The notes: generated from the sequence alone by a model not told the origin. 64,000 nt of DNA from a virus (IMGVR_UViG_3300027881_000010:1-64000), one strand, 5' to 3'. Positions 44,129 to 52,310 are shown, counted from the first letter of the stretch. Made by a program: numbers and translations.

Positions 44129-44448
44129 GTCATCGAACACCTGTGACCCTGCACCACTGCCATGGCGGCAGTATGAAAGACCTGTTCCGCAATCCAGGCA
44201 TGGCGCAGAAGGCCTGCCCGTACCTGCAGATTCCGCTGCACTTGAACTATCACACCGGAGAGTTTGGCATCGACTCCGGGGTTGGCGTGACTGGCTGGGT
44301 AGATGAATGGGAGCGCACGTTCGGTCACCAGCTGGATCATCTGCGAGACGTCAGTGGGCAACTTGGCTACGACGTAATCCGGAGCGCGAAGTTATGGATA
44401 GAGAAACACAACCATCGCTTGATCTCGGCACGACGTTCGAACCAATAA
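44059..44448 (+). CDS. Ref-like HNH recombination-enhancement nuclease candidate
   Basis: LRCVVS....VTLHHCHGGS......GMAQKACPYLQIPLHLNYHTGEFGI......WERTFG.QL resembles the P1 Ref/HNH family (from memory). Confidence 0.5.
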   Translation: MVYSDLIPVSRHEKNLRGLRCVVSHRTPVTLHHCHGGSMKDLFRNPGMAQKACPYLQIPLHLNYHTGEFGIDSGVGVTGWVDEWERTFGHQLDHLRDVSGQLGYDVIRSAKLWIEKHNHRLISARRSNQ

Positions 44449-44885
44449 CGCTCGAGCTTCCCTGGCCGCCATCGATCAACAGCTATTTCATGGAGTACGC
44501 GATGCCGCCGGCCGGCGGTGTGATTGCAAAGAGGCTGCAGTCGCACGGCACACATGAAGTGCATGTCTGGCTGCGCAGGAATACCAGGGTGATGAAGCGA
44601 GTCGGGGACAAGGGCCACGCTTATCGCGCGGATGTGCAGGAGTACGTGCTACGCAATCGCCTGAACAAGGGTTACCGGGAACCGCTGCTGATGTACATGG
44701 ATTTCTATCAGCCGGATCGGCGCCAACGCGATCTCGACAACCACTACAAGCCGTTGATTGACGCGCTCGAGCATGCCTGCGTATTTTTGAATGATAGCCA
44801 GATCAAAGGCCACCGCACGCTGATGCAGCAGGAAATAATTAAGGGTGGAAAGGTTGTCGTGCGCCTTGAAGAATTGGTATATTGA
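44394..44885 (+). CDS. rusA: RusA-family Holliday-junction resolvase
   Basis: ITLELPWPPSINSY....R....KGHAYRADV........PLLMYMDFYQPDRRQRDLDNHYKPLIDALEHACVFLNDSQI. Start taken at ATG 44394 (listed ORF starts at 44307). Confidence 0.8.
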   Translation: MDRETQPSLDLGTTFEPITLELPWPPSINSYFMEYAMPPAGGVIAKRLQSHGTHEVHVWLRRNTRVMKRVGDKGHAYRADVQEYVLRNRLNKGYREPLLMYMDFYQPDRRQRDLDNHYKPLIDALEHACVFLNDSQIKGHRTLMQQEIIKGGKVVVRLEELVY

Positions 44886-44957
44886 CCTGGGCGGCCCGAG
44901 AAGGTCTGAGTTCTCACACAATCTCCGTGTCGGGTACTCAAGCTCGCTCCTGGCCGA

Positions 44958-44971
44958 TTTGTTACCCTCAA
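44958..44971 (-). promoter_or_regulatory. TTGAGGGTAACAAA motif copy C
   Basis: Lies in the 115-nt convergent gap between rusA (+) and 45001..45228 (-). Inverted relative to copy B. Confidence 0.35.
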
Positions 44972-45000
44972 ATTTACCTGAAAAGGGCCGCCGTCTCTTT

Positions 45001-45228
45001 CTAAAATTCCGCCGCCAGGTTGAACGGGTGGCTTTCCAGTTGGGCCTGTGCTGCGACCTTGCACTGAGCCTGCGTCCGGAACCAATCGAAAACGCAGTTC
45101 TCCTGGTTGTCGAAGACATCGTAGTACTGCGTCCGTGTCTTGCCGGCGCGGCGTGGCCAGATTTCGAATCGCTGGCAGTGCGAGTGGACGCACCCCTCTT
45201 CAGAGCGATGCCATTTGATGGTTGCCAT
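45001..45228 (-). CDS. hypothetical small protein
   Basis: 75 aa. GGTGGAGCAATAATG start overlapping the upstream TAA. Confidence 0.5.
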   Translation of the reverse strand: MATIKWHRSEEGCVHSHCQRFEIWPRRAGKTRTQYYDVFDNQENCVFDWFRTQAQCKVAAQAQLESHPFNLAAEF

Positions 45229-45422
45229 TATTGCTCCACCACCCGGTAATCCTCTCGGGTGTAATCGTCTGCCATGCCGGCAGTCTTGAGATCGTCAAAG
45301 AATTCATCGATCGCTTCCTGGGCCTTCTCGGCGCTGGGGAATGTCAGCGGCTCATCATCCTCAGTCCATGTGTTGACCCAGCCATCGACGATGGTGCTGG
45401 TCTGTACTTCGTACGTGGGCAT
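45228..45422 (-). CDS. hypothetical small acidic protein
   Basis: 64 aa. AGGAG lies 6 nt upstream of the start. Confidence 0.5.
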   Translation of the reverse strand: MPTYEVQTSTIVDGWVNTWTEDDEPLTFPSAEKAQEAIDEFFDDLKTAGMADDYTREDYRVVEQ

Positions 45423-45431
45423 GCTGATCTC

Positions 45432-45686
45432 CTAAATGGCTGGGTGCTTCTGGCCTTCGAAGTCCACATGCATGACGTTGCACTCATGCCGGCGGCACCA
45501 GACCTGAATGCCCAATAATGTCCAGCCAATCTCAAGCTGCGAGTAAGTGGACGGGCTTTCGCCATCGGTTCCGGGTGCCATATCCTTGAAGTCCTGAAGG
45601 CAGTGTCGGCAGTGCATGAACATGTGGATGTTGTTGTCTTCCATGCTCTTGGCATCGTTCGGGTCAGTCGGTTTGTCGTTGCTCAT
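45432..45686 (-). CDS. small Cys/His-rich (zinc-binding?) protein
   Basis: ATGA-coupled start at 45686. HCRHC...CRRHEC. Confidence 0.5.
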   Translation of the reverse strand: MSNDKPTDPNDAKSMEDNNIHMFMHCRHCLQDFKDMAPGTDGESPSTYSQLEIGWTLLGIQVWCRRHECNVMHVDFEGQKHPAI

Positions 45687-46294
45687 TGCATTCTCCTCTT
45701 GATCCACCATGGCTCGTAGGCGAACGGCACATCAAGGTACATGTCGTGTGGCTCGACCTCGCTGCGAAATCCGGTGGCGTTTTTCTTATTCAGCGGGAAC
45801 TCCTCGAGAATCTCGCGAGCTTCGGGGCAGTCTTTGAGGTACAGGTCGCTCTCGTGATGATCGAATTCGATGCCGGCCAGTACGATTTTCTGGAACAGCG
45901 TCTCGGCGGTAATCACGCAGACAAGGTAGGTGGCGATCATCGTTGAATCGGTGAAGAGCAGCACGGTGCGCTCAGGGTCTCGCCAGCGCTTAAGATCGAA
46001 GGAACCGATGGCACCCTCAAGGCAGAGCGGCAAGCAGGCCTCGACGATCTCTTTGCATGGCTTCGCGTACCGTTGGTGCCAGTCGCCGATGCGTCGAGTT
46101 TGGCCAGGCTGAGAAATCCAGCCAGCCGGCGGATGCAGGAGGCCATCGTCGGCCATGAGGTAGCGATAGCCTTGAGCCTTCAGGCCGTGATCGTCACTGC
46201 TGTTGTGGCGGATTTTCTCGCGATCGCTTTTCACTTGCATGTCAGTGAAGGCGTGGGTGATTGGCATCGGTTCTACGAGCGGTTTCCTGTTCAA
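45683..46294 (-). CDS. hypothetical protein
   Basis: 203 aa. 4-nt overlaps with both neighbours. Confidence 0.55.
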   Translation of the reverse strand: MNRKPLVEPMPITHAFTDMQVKSDREKIRHNSSDDHGLKAQGYRYLMADDGLLHPPAGWISQPGQTRRIGDWHQRYAKPCKEIVEACLPLCLEGAIGSFDLKRWRDPERTVLLFTDSTMIATYLVCVITAETLFQKIVLAGIEFDHHESDLYLKDCPEAREILEEFPLNKKNATGFRSEVEPHDMYLDVPFAYEPWWIKRRMQ

Positions 46295-46659
46295 TGTATT
46301 CTCTCCTCTTCAATGGATACGAACGGCGCCTTCCTGAACTCCTCCAAGAAAGCACCTACATCGGCGAAGTTTTCCATCATGATCTCGTACACTTCGGTGT
46401 CAGCTTTCGCGGCCATCAGGCTGGCGATGGAACGCACGACCTCCAGCAACTTATCCAAGTCGCCAGCGTGGGTTTCATTCGGTTCCATGTGGTACCAGTT
46501 CTTCTCGTCTTTGGAGTCGAAGGATTTGTCGTCAACGTGATAACGAAATCTGTATACCAGGCACGGCTTGTCATCCTTCATGAATATGGACGCGAGCCAA
46601 TCGCTATCGGGCAGGCCGACAAACCAGATGCCGACCGTGTCGTCTGAGAATTCGATCAC
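46291..46659 (-). CDS. hypothetical protein
   Basis: 122 aa. 4-nt overlaps. Confidence 0.55.
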   Translation of the reverse strand: MIEFSDDTVGIWFVGLPDSDWLASIFMKDDKPCLVYRFRYHVDDKSFDSKDEKNWYHMEPNETHAGDLDKLLEVVRSIASLMAAKADTEVYEIMMENFADVGAFLEEFRKAPFVSIEEERIH

Positions 46660-47123
46660 GAGGTAGTCCAGTCGTCGGGATTGACTTCGATGATGATGTA
46701 GCCGAGGCGCTCGGCTGCGGCCTCAGCCTTCACCCGATCGCTCTCGTCGAGCCACCCGGTGCGGCCGGTGAGTTCACCGAACAGGTACTTGCGGAACTGG
46801 TTCGATGTATGAGCGTGGCCCTTGCCGAGCGGGAACACATGGACGCCCTTCTGCTCGGTGCTGCGGAGATGTTCGGCCGCAAGCTTCGCCTGCTGTTTGA
46901 CATCCAGTACACCGGGTGAAGCGCGACGACCTGCGGCCCTCGGCGCACCGGCAAGCTCGCCGGACTTCAGGCGCTTGCGATCGGCACGGAAGATTCGGTG
47001 GCCGGTGGATCGGAACTGGGTGGCGCGTTCTTTATCTTTGCGCTTCCAGAGGGTCTCCGGATTCTTGCTTTGCGCGACTCGTACGAACTGGCCGTCGGTC
47101 TGGATATCAAGTTGGTACATCAT
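46656..47123 (-). CDS. hypothetical basic protein
   Basis: AGGAGACGGGTCATGATG: start at 47123, overlapping the upstream TGA. 155 aa. Confidence 0.5.
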   Translation of the reverse strand: MMYQLDIQTDGQFVRVAQSKNPETLWKRKDKERATQFRSTGHRIFRADRKRLKSGELAGAPRAAGRRASPGVLDVKQQAKLAAEHLRSTEQKGVHVFPLGKGHAHTSNQFRKYLFGELTGRTGWLDESDRVKAEAAAERLGYIIIEVNPDDWTTS

Positions 47124-47341
47124 GACCCGTCTCCTACTGTCAGACCGGCCTCGCGAGCGCCGGTTACAATGTCTTCGATGAAGCGATGTTCGATCACAAA
47201 GGCGTGAACGCCCCAAGTTGGGCAGTCGTCTGGGAGATGTTCTTTAGCCCATGACGATGCCTCAGGCGTATGTGGTTTGAGGAGGACGATGCTGCCCTCA
47301 TTCTGGACTGTGAAATCTGTGTCCATTAGGACTCCTCGCAA
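47120..47341 (-). CDS. hypothetical small protein
   Basis: 73 aa. Confidence 0.5.
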   Translation of the reverse strand: MRGVLMDTDFTVQNEGSIVLLKPHTPEASSWAKEHLPDDCPTWGVHAFVIEHRFIEDIVTGAREAGLTVGDGS

Positions 47342-47544
47342 ATTTGAAGCCAGCCTGGCCCGTTGCCTTCGGGGTCCATGTCAACCCAGACCTGCAGTTT
47401 CTTGCCGCCTTTGGCGGTCACGTTGAAACCGAAGCTGCCTTCGGAAAAATCGTTACCGGGTGACTCAATTGCCCCCGTGATTTTGGCACCGACCAGTTTG
47501 TCGGCGATCTCTTTGGTCATGTATTCGATGTTGCTGCTGCCCAT
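47326..47544 (-). CDS. hypothetical small protein
   Basis: 72 aa. Confidence 0.5.
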   Translation of the reverse strand: MGSSNIEYMTKEIADKLVGAKITGAIESPGNDFSEGSFGFNVTAKGGKKLQVWVDMDPEGNGPGWLQICEES

Positions 47545-47547
47545 GAT

Positions 47548-47766
47548 TTACTCCCTGTAGTAGCCGTCGAACCAGTCGCCATGCTTGCGTGTCCGTGCGC
47601 GTCCTGCGGCATTGGTGCATTTCTCGGATGAAGACTCTGGATCAGAGCAGTGGTCCTGCACCTGCTCCAGAGTGAGGCCAGTTTCGATGGTCCGCTTGGT
47701 CGATTGCAGGTGGCCGTCTGGACCTGCCTTACCGTGAAAGAACCGGACGATCTTGTAGGTACTCAC
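47548..47766 (-). CDS. conserved small phage protein (YKIVRF..LTLEQVQDHCSDPESS..WFDGY type)
   Basis: GTGA-coupled GTG start at 47766. The pattern recalls a widespread small phage/plasmid protein of unknown function. Confidence 0.5.
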   Translation of the reverse strand: MSTYKIVRFFHGKAGPDGHLQSTKRTIETGLTLEQVQDHCSDPESSSEKCTNAAGRARTRKHGDWFDGYYRE

Positions 47767-48023
47767 TGCTGATCCTCCGGCCATGCGTTGCGGATGCCGC
47801 TGTAGATTTCGTTGTACTGGTCGTCATCGAACACGCTCTGCAGCCCGTTCTCTTTCTCGGCATCGGTGATGAACTTGCGGATGCAACGGTCCAGCGGCCA
47901 CGAGTCGGTGAGACGATCGTTGGCCGCATTCCATTCCCAGAACTTCTTGGCGAGGTCGTCAATCTCTATCGTCCACTCAAGCGAACGATTGTTGTCTACC
48001 CATAGTTTGATGCGGATGGTCAT
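47763..48023 (-). CDS. hypothetical small protein
   Basis: 86 aa. 4-nt overlaps. Confidence 0.5.
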   Translation of the reverse strand: MTIRIKLWVDNNRSLEWTIEIDDLAKKFWEWNAANDRLTDSWPLDRCIRKFITDAEKENGLQSVFDDDQYNEIYSGIRNAWPEDQQ

Positions 48024-48397
48024 GATTTCTCCTGCAGCGATGCGACTGATCGCTCCGGCAGTTTGTATCGACTGCCGCCATGCTCGGCGAGAATCGGATA
48101 CTTCGGGCGGTTCGGCTTGAGGCCGACCAGTTTGTATTTCTTGCCGCCGTACGTGAACTCTTTGCCAAAGGCATCGGCTGGCAGGTTGAACAGGAAGTGG
48201 GTCTCTTTGAATTCCTCTTCGTTCAGGTCGACGCCACCAAGTACGAACTCCACCTTGAAGGTGACTGAGTTCTCGGTATACGACGCGCCCTTGGCTGCGA
48301 CGGTGAGGCCTGTCTCTGCGGCGTACTCGGCGAGGTTCTCGTCGATGGCCTGCCTTAATTTCCTGCAGACTGCGGGTGTGATTTTCTTGATTTCCAT
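48020..48397 (-). CDS. hypothetical protein
   Basis: GGGAG lies 7 nt before the ATG at 48397 (MEIKKITP). 125 aa. Confidence 0.5.
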   Translation of the reverse strand: MEIKKITPAVCRKLRQAIDENLAEYAAETGLTVAAKGASYTENSVTFKVEFVLGGVDLNEEEFKETHFLFNLPADAFGKEFTYGGKKYKLVGLKPNRPKYPILAEHGGSRYKLPERSVASLQEKS

Positions 48398-48398
48398 T

Positions 48399-48620
48399 TC
48401 ATTTCTCCCAGACGATCGTGTCGCCTTGCTTCCAGTTATTGCCATGTGAATCGGTGAATGTGATCGGTCCCACGACGGTCCATATGAGGTCGTAATTGTC
48501 GGGGACTCCGGTGGATTCGTATCTCATTTCCAGCAGCCCCATCTCGCGAAGGGTGCCGAAGGAAAGACCGTCGACGCTGCCGACGGTCCTAACGGTTGGC
48601 GTGATGCTGATCAGTCCCAT
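48399..48620 (-). CDS. hypothetical small protein
   Basis: 73 aa. Confidence 0.5.
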   Translation of the reverse strand: MGLISITPTVRTVGSVDGLSFGTLREMGLLEMRYESTGVPDNYDLIWTVVGPITFTDSHGNNWKQGDTIVWEK

Positions 48621-48955
48621 CAGATATCCTCAGCGGGCTGAGCGGTGTATCGGTAGTTGGCGGTGCGATATGGATTTTCATTGATCGTGTCGTCCAAACG
48701 TCTGGCCTGCACTTTGGCAGCGGCTTCGCCTTCGTATATGACGACGGTGCCGTAGTATTTGTAGAAGGCCTTGCGGCTGCCCGTGATGCCACCCCAGACT
48801 TCGCAAAGGACTACCCACGGATCATTGATGGTCTCGCTGCCGTCGCCCTCGCCGATCGGCACGACCTTGTAACAGGCCTTGCAGTAGAGTTCGCCGTTCT
48901 CGTCGAACGTCGAATGGGCATTGCAGCACGATGTCAGTTTGATGTGATTGCTCAT
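48620..48955 (-). CDS. small protein with an N-terminal Cys cluster (zinc ribbon?)
   Basis: SCCNAHS..YCKACY. 111 aa. Confidence 0.5.
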   Translation of the reverse strand: MSNHIKLTSCCNAHSTFDENGELYCKACYKVVPIGEGDGSETINDPWVVLCEVWGGITGSRKAFYKYYGTVVIYEGEAAAKVQARRLDDTINENPYRTANYRYTAQPAEDI

Positions 48956-49089
48956 GCTGCGGTCACCGTATCAAGGTGCAGCACGAAGTCCCGTGCGTAC
49001 CGTTGAGCGGCTGCTTTCGCGCTTTCGATGCTGTACGCGGTGAAGGTGACCAGAACTTGGCCGTTAAATTTTGCGATGTAGTTTCTCAT
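48952..49089 (-). CDS. 45-aa ORF not in the supplied track
   Basis: MRNYIAKFNGQVLVTFTAYSIESAKAAAQRYARDFVLHLDTVTAA. ATGA overlaps at both ends fill the gap exactly. Confidence 0.45.
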   Translation of the reverse strand: MRNYIAKFNGQVLVTFTAYSIESAKAAAQRYARDFVLHLDTVTAA

Positions 49090-49382
49090 GATGCCTTCCT
49101 TGCGACGACGCGAACGGTGTCGATGTCAATCTTGGTGGTGTTAGCAGCGATCTGCTGATTGGAGACGCCGAGCTTCTCGGCGATGCGCTTCCATGCGACC
49201 TGCTTGCGGACGCTGTGGCTGACGGTGGCGCGAAACAAAGTGCCATCGATCTCGTCAAAACCTGAGTCGATGAGGACTTTCTGAAGATCGCCTTTCTGCT
49301 CCTGAAGCGCAGCGATCTCTGCGAGGATTGTTCCGAGGTCATCGGAAGCCTGGATTAGCTTCGGTGTGATCCGTTTGGCCAT
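49086..49382 (-). CDS. hypothetical protein (first gene of the leftward small-ORF operon)
   Basis: 98 aa. CAGGAGCATTACCATG leader is homologous to the recT leader. Confidence 0.55.
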   Translation of the reverse strand: MAKRITPKLIQASDDLGTILAEIAALQEQKGDLQKVLIDSGFDEIDGTLFRATVSHSVRKQVAWKRIAEKLGVSNQQIAANTTKIDIDTVRVVARKAS

Positions 49383-49445
49383 GGTAATGCTCCTGTTATG
49401 ATGTGATTTGCTACCCTATAAAGGAAGTTACTACAGCACAGTACA
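49383..49445 (-). promoter_or_regulatory. conserved leader / promoter-like element in the divergent intergenic region
   Basis: Leftward reading: CTGTGCTGTAGTAACTTCCTTTATAGGGTAGCAAATCACATCATAACAGGAGCATTACCATG. Confidence 0.35.
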
Positions 49446-49471
49446 TCAGTCAAGGGACTGGGGAGTGAAAT

Positions 49472-49735
49472 TTGGACGTAATTCGTGGCATTATTGTGAC
49501 TGGTATTAACGCCACCGTTGAGATCCAGGTGCCCAACCATATGGCTCGGCTACCTGGTTGGACCAGGATGGAGGCTGCCGGCAAGGTCCTTGAGGACATT
49601 GGGCTGGTGGTCGAGGGTGCCAACCGGGTTGAAGTCCGGCCCGTCAGCGAGGAGGATTCCCTGATGATCTGGCATGAGTTCCCCGGCGACTACAGTCGCG
49701 TCTCCAAGATATTTGGATTCGGCATCAATGACTGA
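49472..49735 (+). CDS. hypothetical protein
   Basis: TTG start. 87 aa. First ORF of the rightward block. Confidence 0.4.
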   Translation: MDVIRGIIVTGINATVEIQVPNHMARLPGWTRMEAAGKVLEDIGLVVEGANRVEVRPVSEEDSLMIWHEFPGDYSRVSKIFGFGIND

Positions 49736-50396
49736 GATCGATCGACACAATGGCCGTGGCTGGCCGAAGACAAAGCAGCAGGACCTGCTGTGCCAGGCGC
49801 TCGTTGTCGATGGTTTGAGTACGCTTGATGCCGGCCGCAAGGCAGGCTACTCAGAGACGACGGTCAAGAAGAAAATCCCAACGCTGGTGAAACAACTCGC
49901 GCCGTACATCGCACATCTTCGGGAGGCGAAGGCCGAGGTTATCCAGCGCAACTTCGATGTCACGGTCGACGCCGTCGTCGAGGAACTGGCTGCCATGGGA
50001 TTCATCAATCCCAAGCATTACATTCGGGTGGTCCAGTACCGCGGCGCCGAGATGGTGATCGGCAAGTCACCGCTAGACCTCACTGACGACCAGGCGAGAG
50101 CGGTGGCCAGCTGGGACCGCGTCAAAGTTGTCGTCGATGGCGGCTACGATTTCGATTACCAATACTCGTTTCATGACAAGCGCCAGTCGCTCCGCGACAT
50201 CGGTCAGCACCTCGGTATGTTCAACGAGAAGCTGATTCTCGAGCAGCGCATCACCAAGACCTACCGGGTGGACCTGTCTCAGGTGCCGGACGCCATCCTT
50301 GAGAAATGGATGGGCGAATTGAAGACGCATGCAGCGCAGCTACCAGATAAGGGCGCCTCGTCGACCATCGATAATGAGACCGGCGCCGTATCGTGA
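49728..50396 (+). CDS. terS: terminase small subunit (Terminase_2-like)
   Basis: ..KQQDLLCQALVVDGLSTLDAGRKAGYSETTVKKK..; ..VTVDAVVEELAAMGF..; ..HDKRQSLRDIGQHLGMFNEK match the family pattern. Confidence 0.8.
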   Translation: MTEIDRHNGRGWPKTKQQDLLCQALVVDGLSTLDAGRKAGYSETTVKKKIPTLVKQLAPYIAHLREAKAEVIQRNFDVTVDAVVEELAAMGFINPKHYIRVVQYRGAEMVIGKSPLDLTDDQARAVASWDRVKVVVDGGYDFDYQYSFHDKRQSLRDIGQHLGMFNEKLILEQRITKTYRVDLSQVPDAILEKWMGELKTHAAQLPDKGASSTIDNETGAVS

Positions 50397-50406
50397 GGAG
50401 AACGCC

Positions 50407-50511
50407 ATGGGAAAGTGGATAAGTAGATTTGTGATTGCGGTGATTCTGATCGGCATAATTTTGTACTTTGGCAGCGCGTTGCTGATGGGCATCCAGGGAG
50501 GCCACCCGTGA
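50407..50511 (+). CDS. 34-aa membrane peptide
   Basis: GAGGAG lies 6 nt upstream. MGKWISRFVIAVILIGIILYFGSALLMGI. Confidence 0.4.
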   Translation: MGKWISRFVIAVILIGIILYFGSALLMGIQGGHP

Positions 50512-50786
50512 AAATCAAGATCGCTTTACTCGCCTGTCTAAATTTAGTCTTCGGGCTAAATGTCGCGCATGCCGGCGACGATTTCTTCTGGTATGCATAC
50601 CCGATGCCGCAGGCCTACCTCTACGTTCAGGATCCGCTGCGTTACCGAATGTGGGAGGCGAGCTATGGGTACTACCCGGTGCACATGCCGGCACGATCCC
50701 CAGCCTATCGGCCTGTCGTGCGGACCCATGATCGCAGCAGGTTTCGCCGTCGAGAATGCGAGATTAGGATTCTGGCTGGTGGGTGA
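50508..50786 (+). CDS. small secreted aromatic/Arg-rich protein
   Basis: GTG start. Signal peptide-like KIKIALLACLNLVFGLNVAHA|GDD. Confidence 0.45.
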   Translation: MKIKIALLACLNLVFGLNVAHAGDDFFWYAYPMPQAYLYVQDPLRYRMWEASYGYYPVHMPARSPAYRPVVRTHDRSRFRRRECEIRILAGG

Positions 50787-51207
50787 AGGCACATTCGAAA
50801 AAGCAGCGGAGCTAGTCTCGAGAGAGACGAGAGCAGATCGAGCCTGGATCAGGAAATATGTAGGCGAACTGAAGACGCCAGAACCGATAACGCTCAAGGA
50901 ATTTGTGCATGTCCTTAAGCACAAAGGGCGCCACGATGGCGGAATAAACATCGCCACCATGTGGTGGATTTTTAAGGATCAGTCTAACGACTACCTGGCG
51001 ATGCTGTTGGAGAAAGCCCAGGAAGAAGGGCTGATGATCAGGTACAAGGGCAACTGGTTTACCTTTGGCATGTCGGTGGCTGAGGCTGGTACGGTCTGCA
51101 CGATGGACGTTGACTCGATTGGAAATTTGCACACCTGTGGCGAGACGGCCAGTGGCCGAATACTGCAAAGAATGTCAGGTCTTTACAGGACTGGTTGCCG
51201 CCGCTAA
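50728..51207 (+). CDS. hypothetical protein (start uncertain)
   Basis: 159 aa from MIAAGFAVEN. Overlaps the previous ORF by 59 nt. Confidence 0.4.
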   Translation: MIAAGFAVENARLGFWLVGEGTFEKAAELVSRETRADRAWIRKYVGELKTPEPITLKEFVHVLKHKGRHDGGINIATMWWIFKDQSNDYLAMLLEKAQEEGLMIRYKGNWFTFGMSVAEAGTVCTMDVDSIGNLHTCGETASGRILQRMSGLYRTGCRR

Positions 51208-51236
51208 ACTCCGGCAAACACACGGAGGGTACCGTG

Positions 51237-51407
51237 ATGCCGAGCAGGTCGAATAAGCAGGCCAGATACATGGCGATGATGGCGCACAATCCGGAGAAAG
51301 CTCGGAAGGCGGGCGTCACCCGGAAGGTCGCGAAAGAATATAACAAAGCTGACCAGCGCACCGGCCGACTATCCAGAGCAATGAAAGGGAAAGGCCGTGG
51401 GCGTTAA
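51237..51407 (+). CDS. small basic protein (DUF3008-like?)
   Basis: GGAGGG lies 7 nt upstream. MPSRSNKQARYMAMMAHNPEKARKAG. Confidence 0.45.
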   Translation: MPSRSNKQARYMAMMAHNPEKARKAGVTRKVAKEYNKADQRTGRLSRAMKGKGRGR

Positions 51408-51705
51408 TCGCGACTGCGGCAAGTTCTCGTTGCGCCTCTCTATATCTGCCGGCATGCACCGCAGTACCCGCAAGGACCCCGAGCTAGATTCGAAACTTGT
51501 AGATCGCGCAGACAAAGCGCTGCAGAAACTGCGCGAAAAATACGAAGAGAAAATCATGGAGGAGTGGGGCAAGGCGATCGGCTGGGACAAGGAGGCAGCG
51601 GCCGAGGGAGCCGCCGCCGCAGAGGCTGACCGCCAGGCGCTGCTGGCTGCCGACAAGAAAGGCAGGGAGGAGAAGCGAGCGAAGCGAGTGGCCGCCAGAG
51701 TTTAG
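51397..51705 (+). CDS. hypothetical charged helical protein
   Basis: GTG start. 102 aa. Confidence 0.4.
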   Translation: MGVNRDCGKFSLRLSISAGMHRSTRKDPELDSKLVDRADKALQKLREKYEEKIMEEWGKAIGWDKEAAAEGAAAAEADRQALLAADKKGREEKRAKRVAARV

Positions 51706-51860
51706 TGCGTTGACGCAGTGCTCAGTACTTCGTGAGCGCGTTCGGCTCGAGGCAACAAACTGCACAGGGCTGCGGTAAGACCGCTGGCGCGTCGGCCCAC
51801 CTGGGACACATGTCTCTATGTGTTGGGCGCGCTCCTCGATCAACTGAGGGAGGACACGAC

Positions 51861-52043
51861 ATGGACTTTTTCAAGAAATTTGGCAAGCAAGCAATCGCCG
51901 TCGCCGTCGTCGGCGGCATCATTTTCTTTGTCTGGCCAGGCGCTACGCTGCTGTTCTTCAGCGGCATGGCTGCCGGCGTAGTGCTGGGCAATCTCTACGA
52001 ACCGCTCGAGTCAGCGGTGGAGAAATTTCTGAGCAAGGTTTAA
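51861..52043 (+). CDS. 60-aa two-TM membrane protein
   Basis: GAGGGAGG lies 7 nt upstream. AIAVAVVGGIIFFVWPGATLLFFSGMAAGVVLG. Confidence 0.5.
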   Translation: MDFFKKFGKQAIAVAVVGGIIFFVWPGATLLFFSGMAAGVVLGNLYEPLESAVEKFLSKV

Positions 52044-52055
52044 CGGGAGATCACG

Positions 52056-52259
52056 ATGGGCCGCAACAAAGACCAGAAACGCAAACGTGGGAACGCTGCT
52101 GGCATAGCACGCAATCGACGACGCGAGCAGCAAGCAACTGACGCAGGTCCAACGGACGCGACAGAGAGCGAATGTCCGAAGTGCGGAGCGAAACCTGGTG
52201 AAGTATGTGTGACGCCCGCCGGTAACCCGGCATCCAAGACACATGCCGCTCGAGGGTGA
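52056..52259 (+). CDS. small basic zinc-ribbon protein
   Basis: CPKCGAKPGEVCVTPAGNPASKTHAAR resembles a recurrent phage zinc-finger motif. Confidence 0.5.
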   Translation: MGRNKDQKRKRGNAAGIARNRRREQQATDAGPTDATESECPKCGAKPGEVCVTPAGNPASKTHAARG

Positions 52260-52310
52260 TAGACTCCGCGAGCAGCAAAAACCGCAGATCACCATTGTTG
52301 GAGGGCACCA

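Noticed and set aside
44649-45193. Two overlapping minus-strand ORFs (156 and 149 aa) spanning the rusA 3' end and the convergent gap.
   Set aside because: They overlap the well-supported rusA gene and the 45001..45228 gene. No SD-ATG, and the composition is not protein-like. Only the TTGAGGGTAACAAA motif in this gap is retained.
51706-51860. 155-nt intergenic gap examined for a tRNA, small RNA, promoter or terminator.
   Set aside because: No T-loop (GTTCGAATC-like) or cloverleaf. A TTGACG has no matching -10. Short hairpins (ACACAT/ATGTGT, GCGG/CCGC) lack U-tracts. Nothing supportable.
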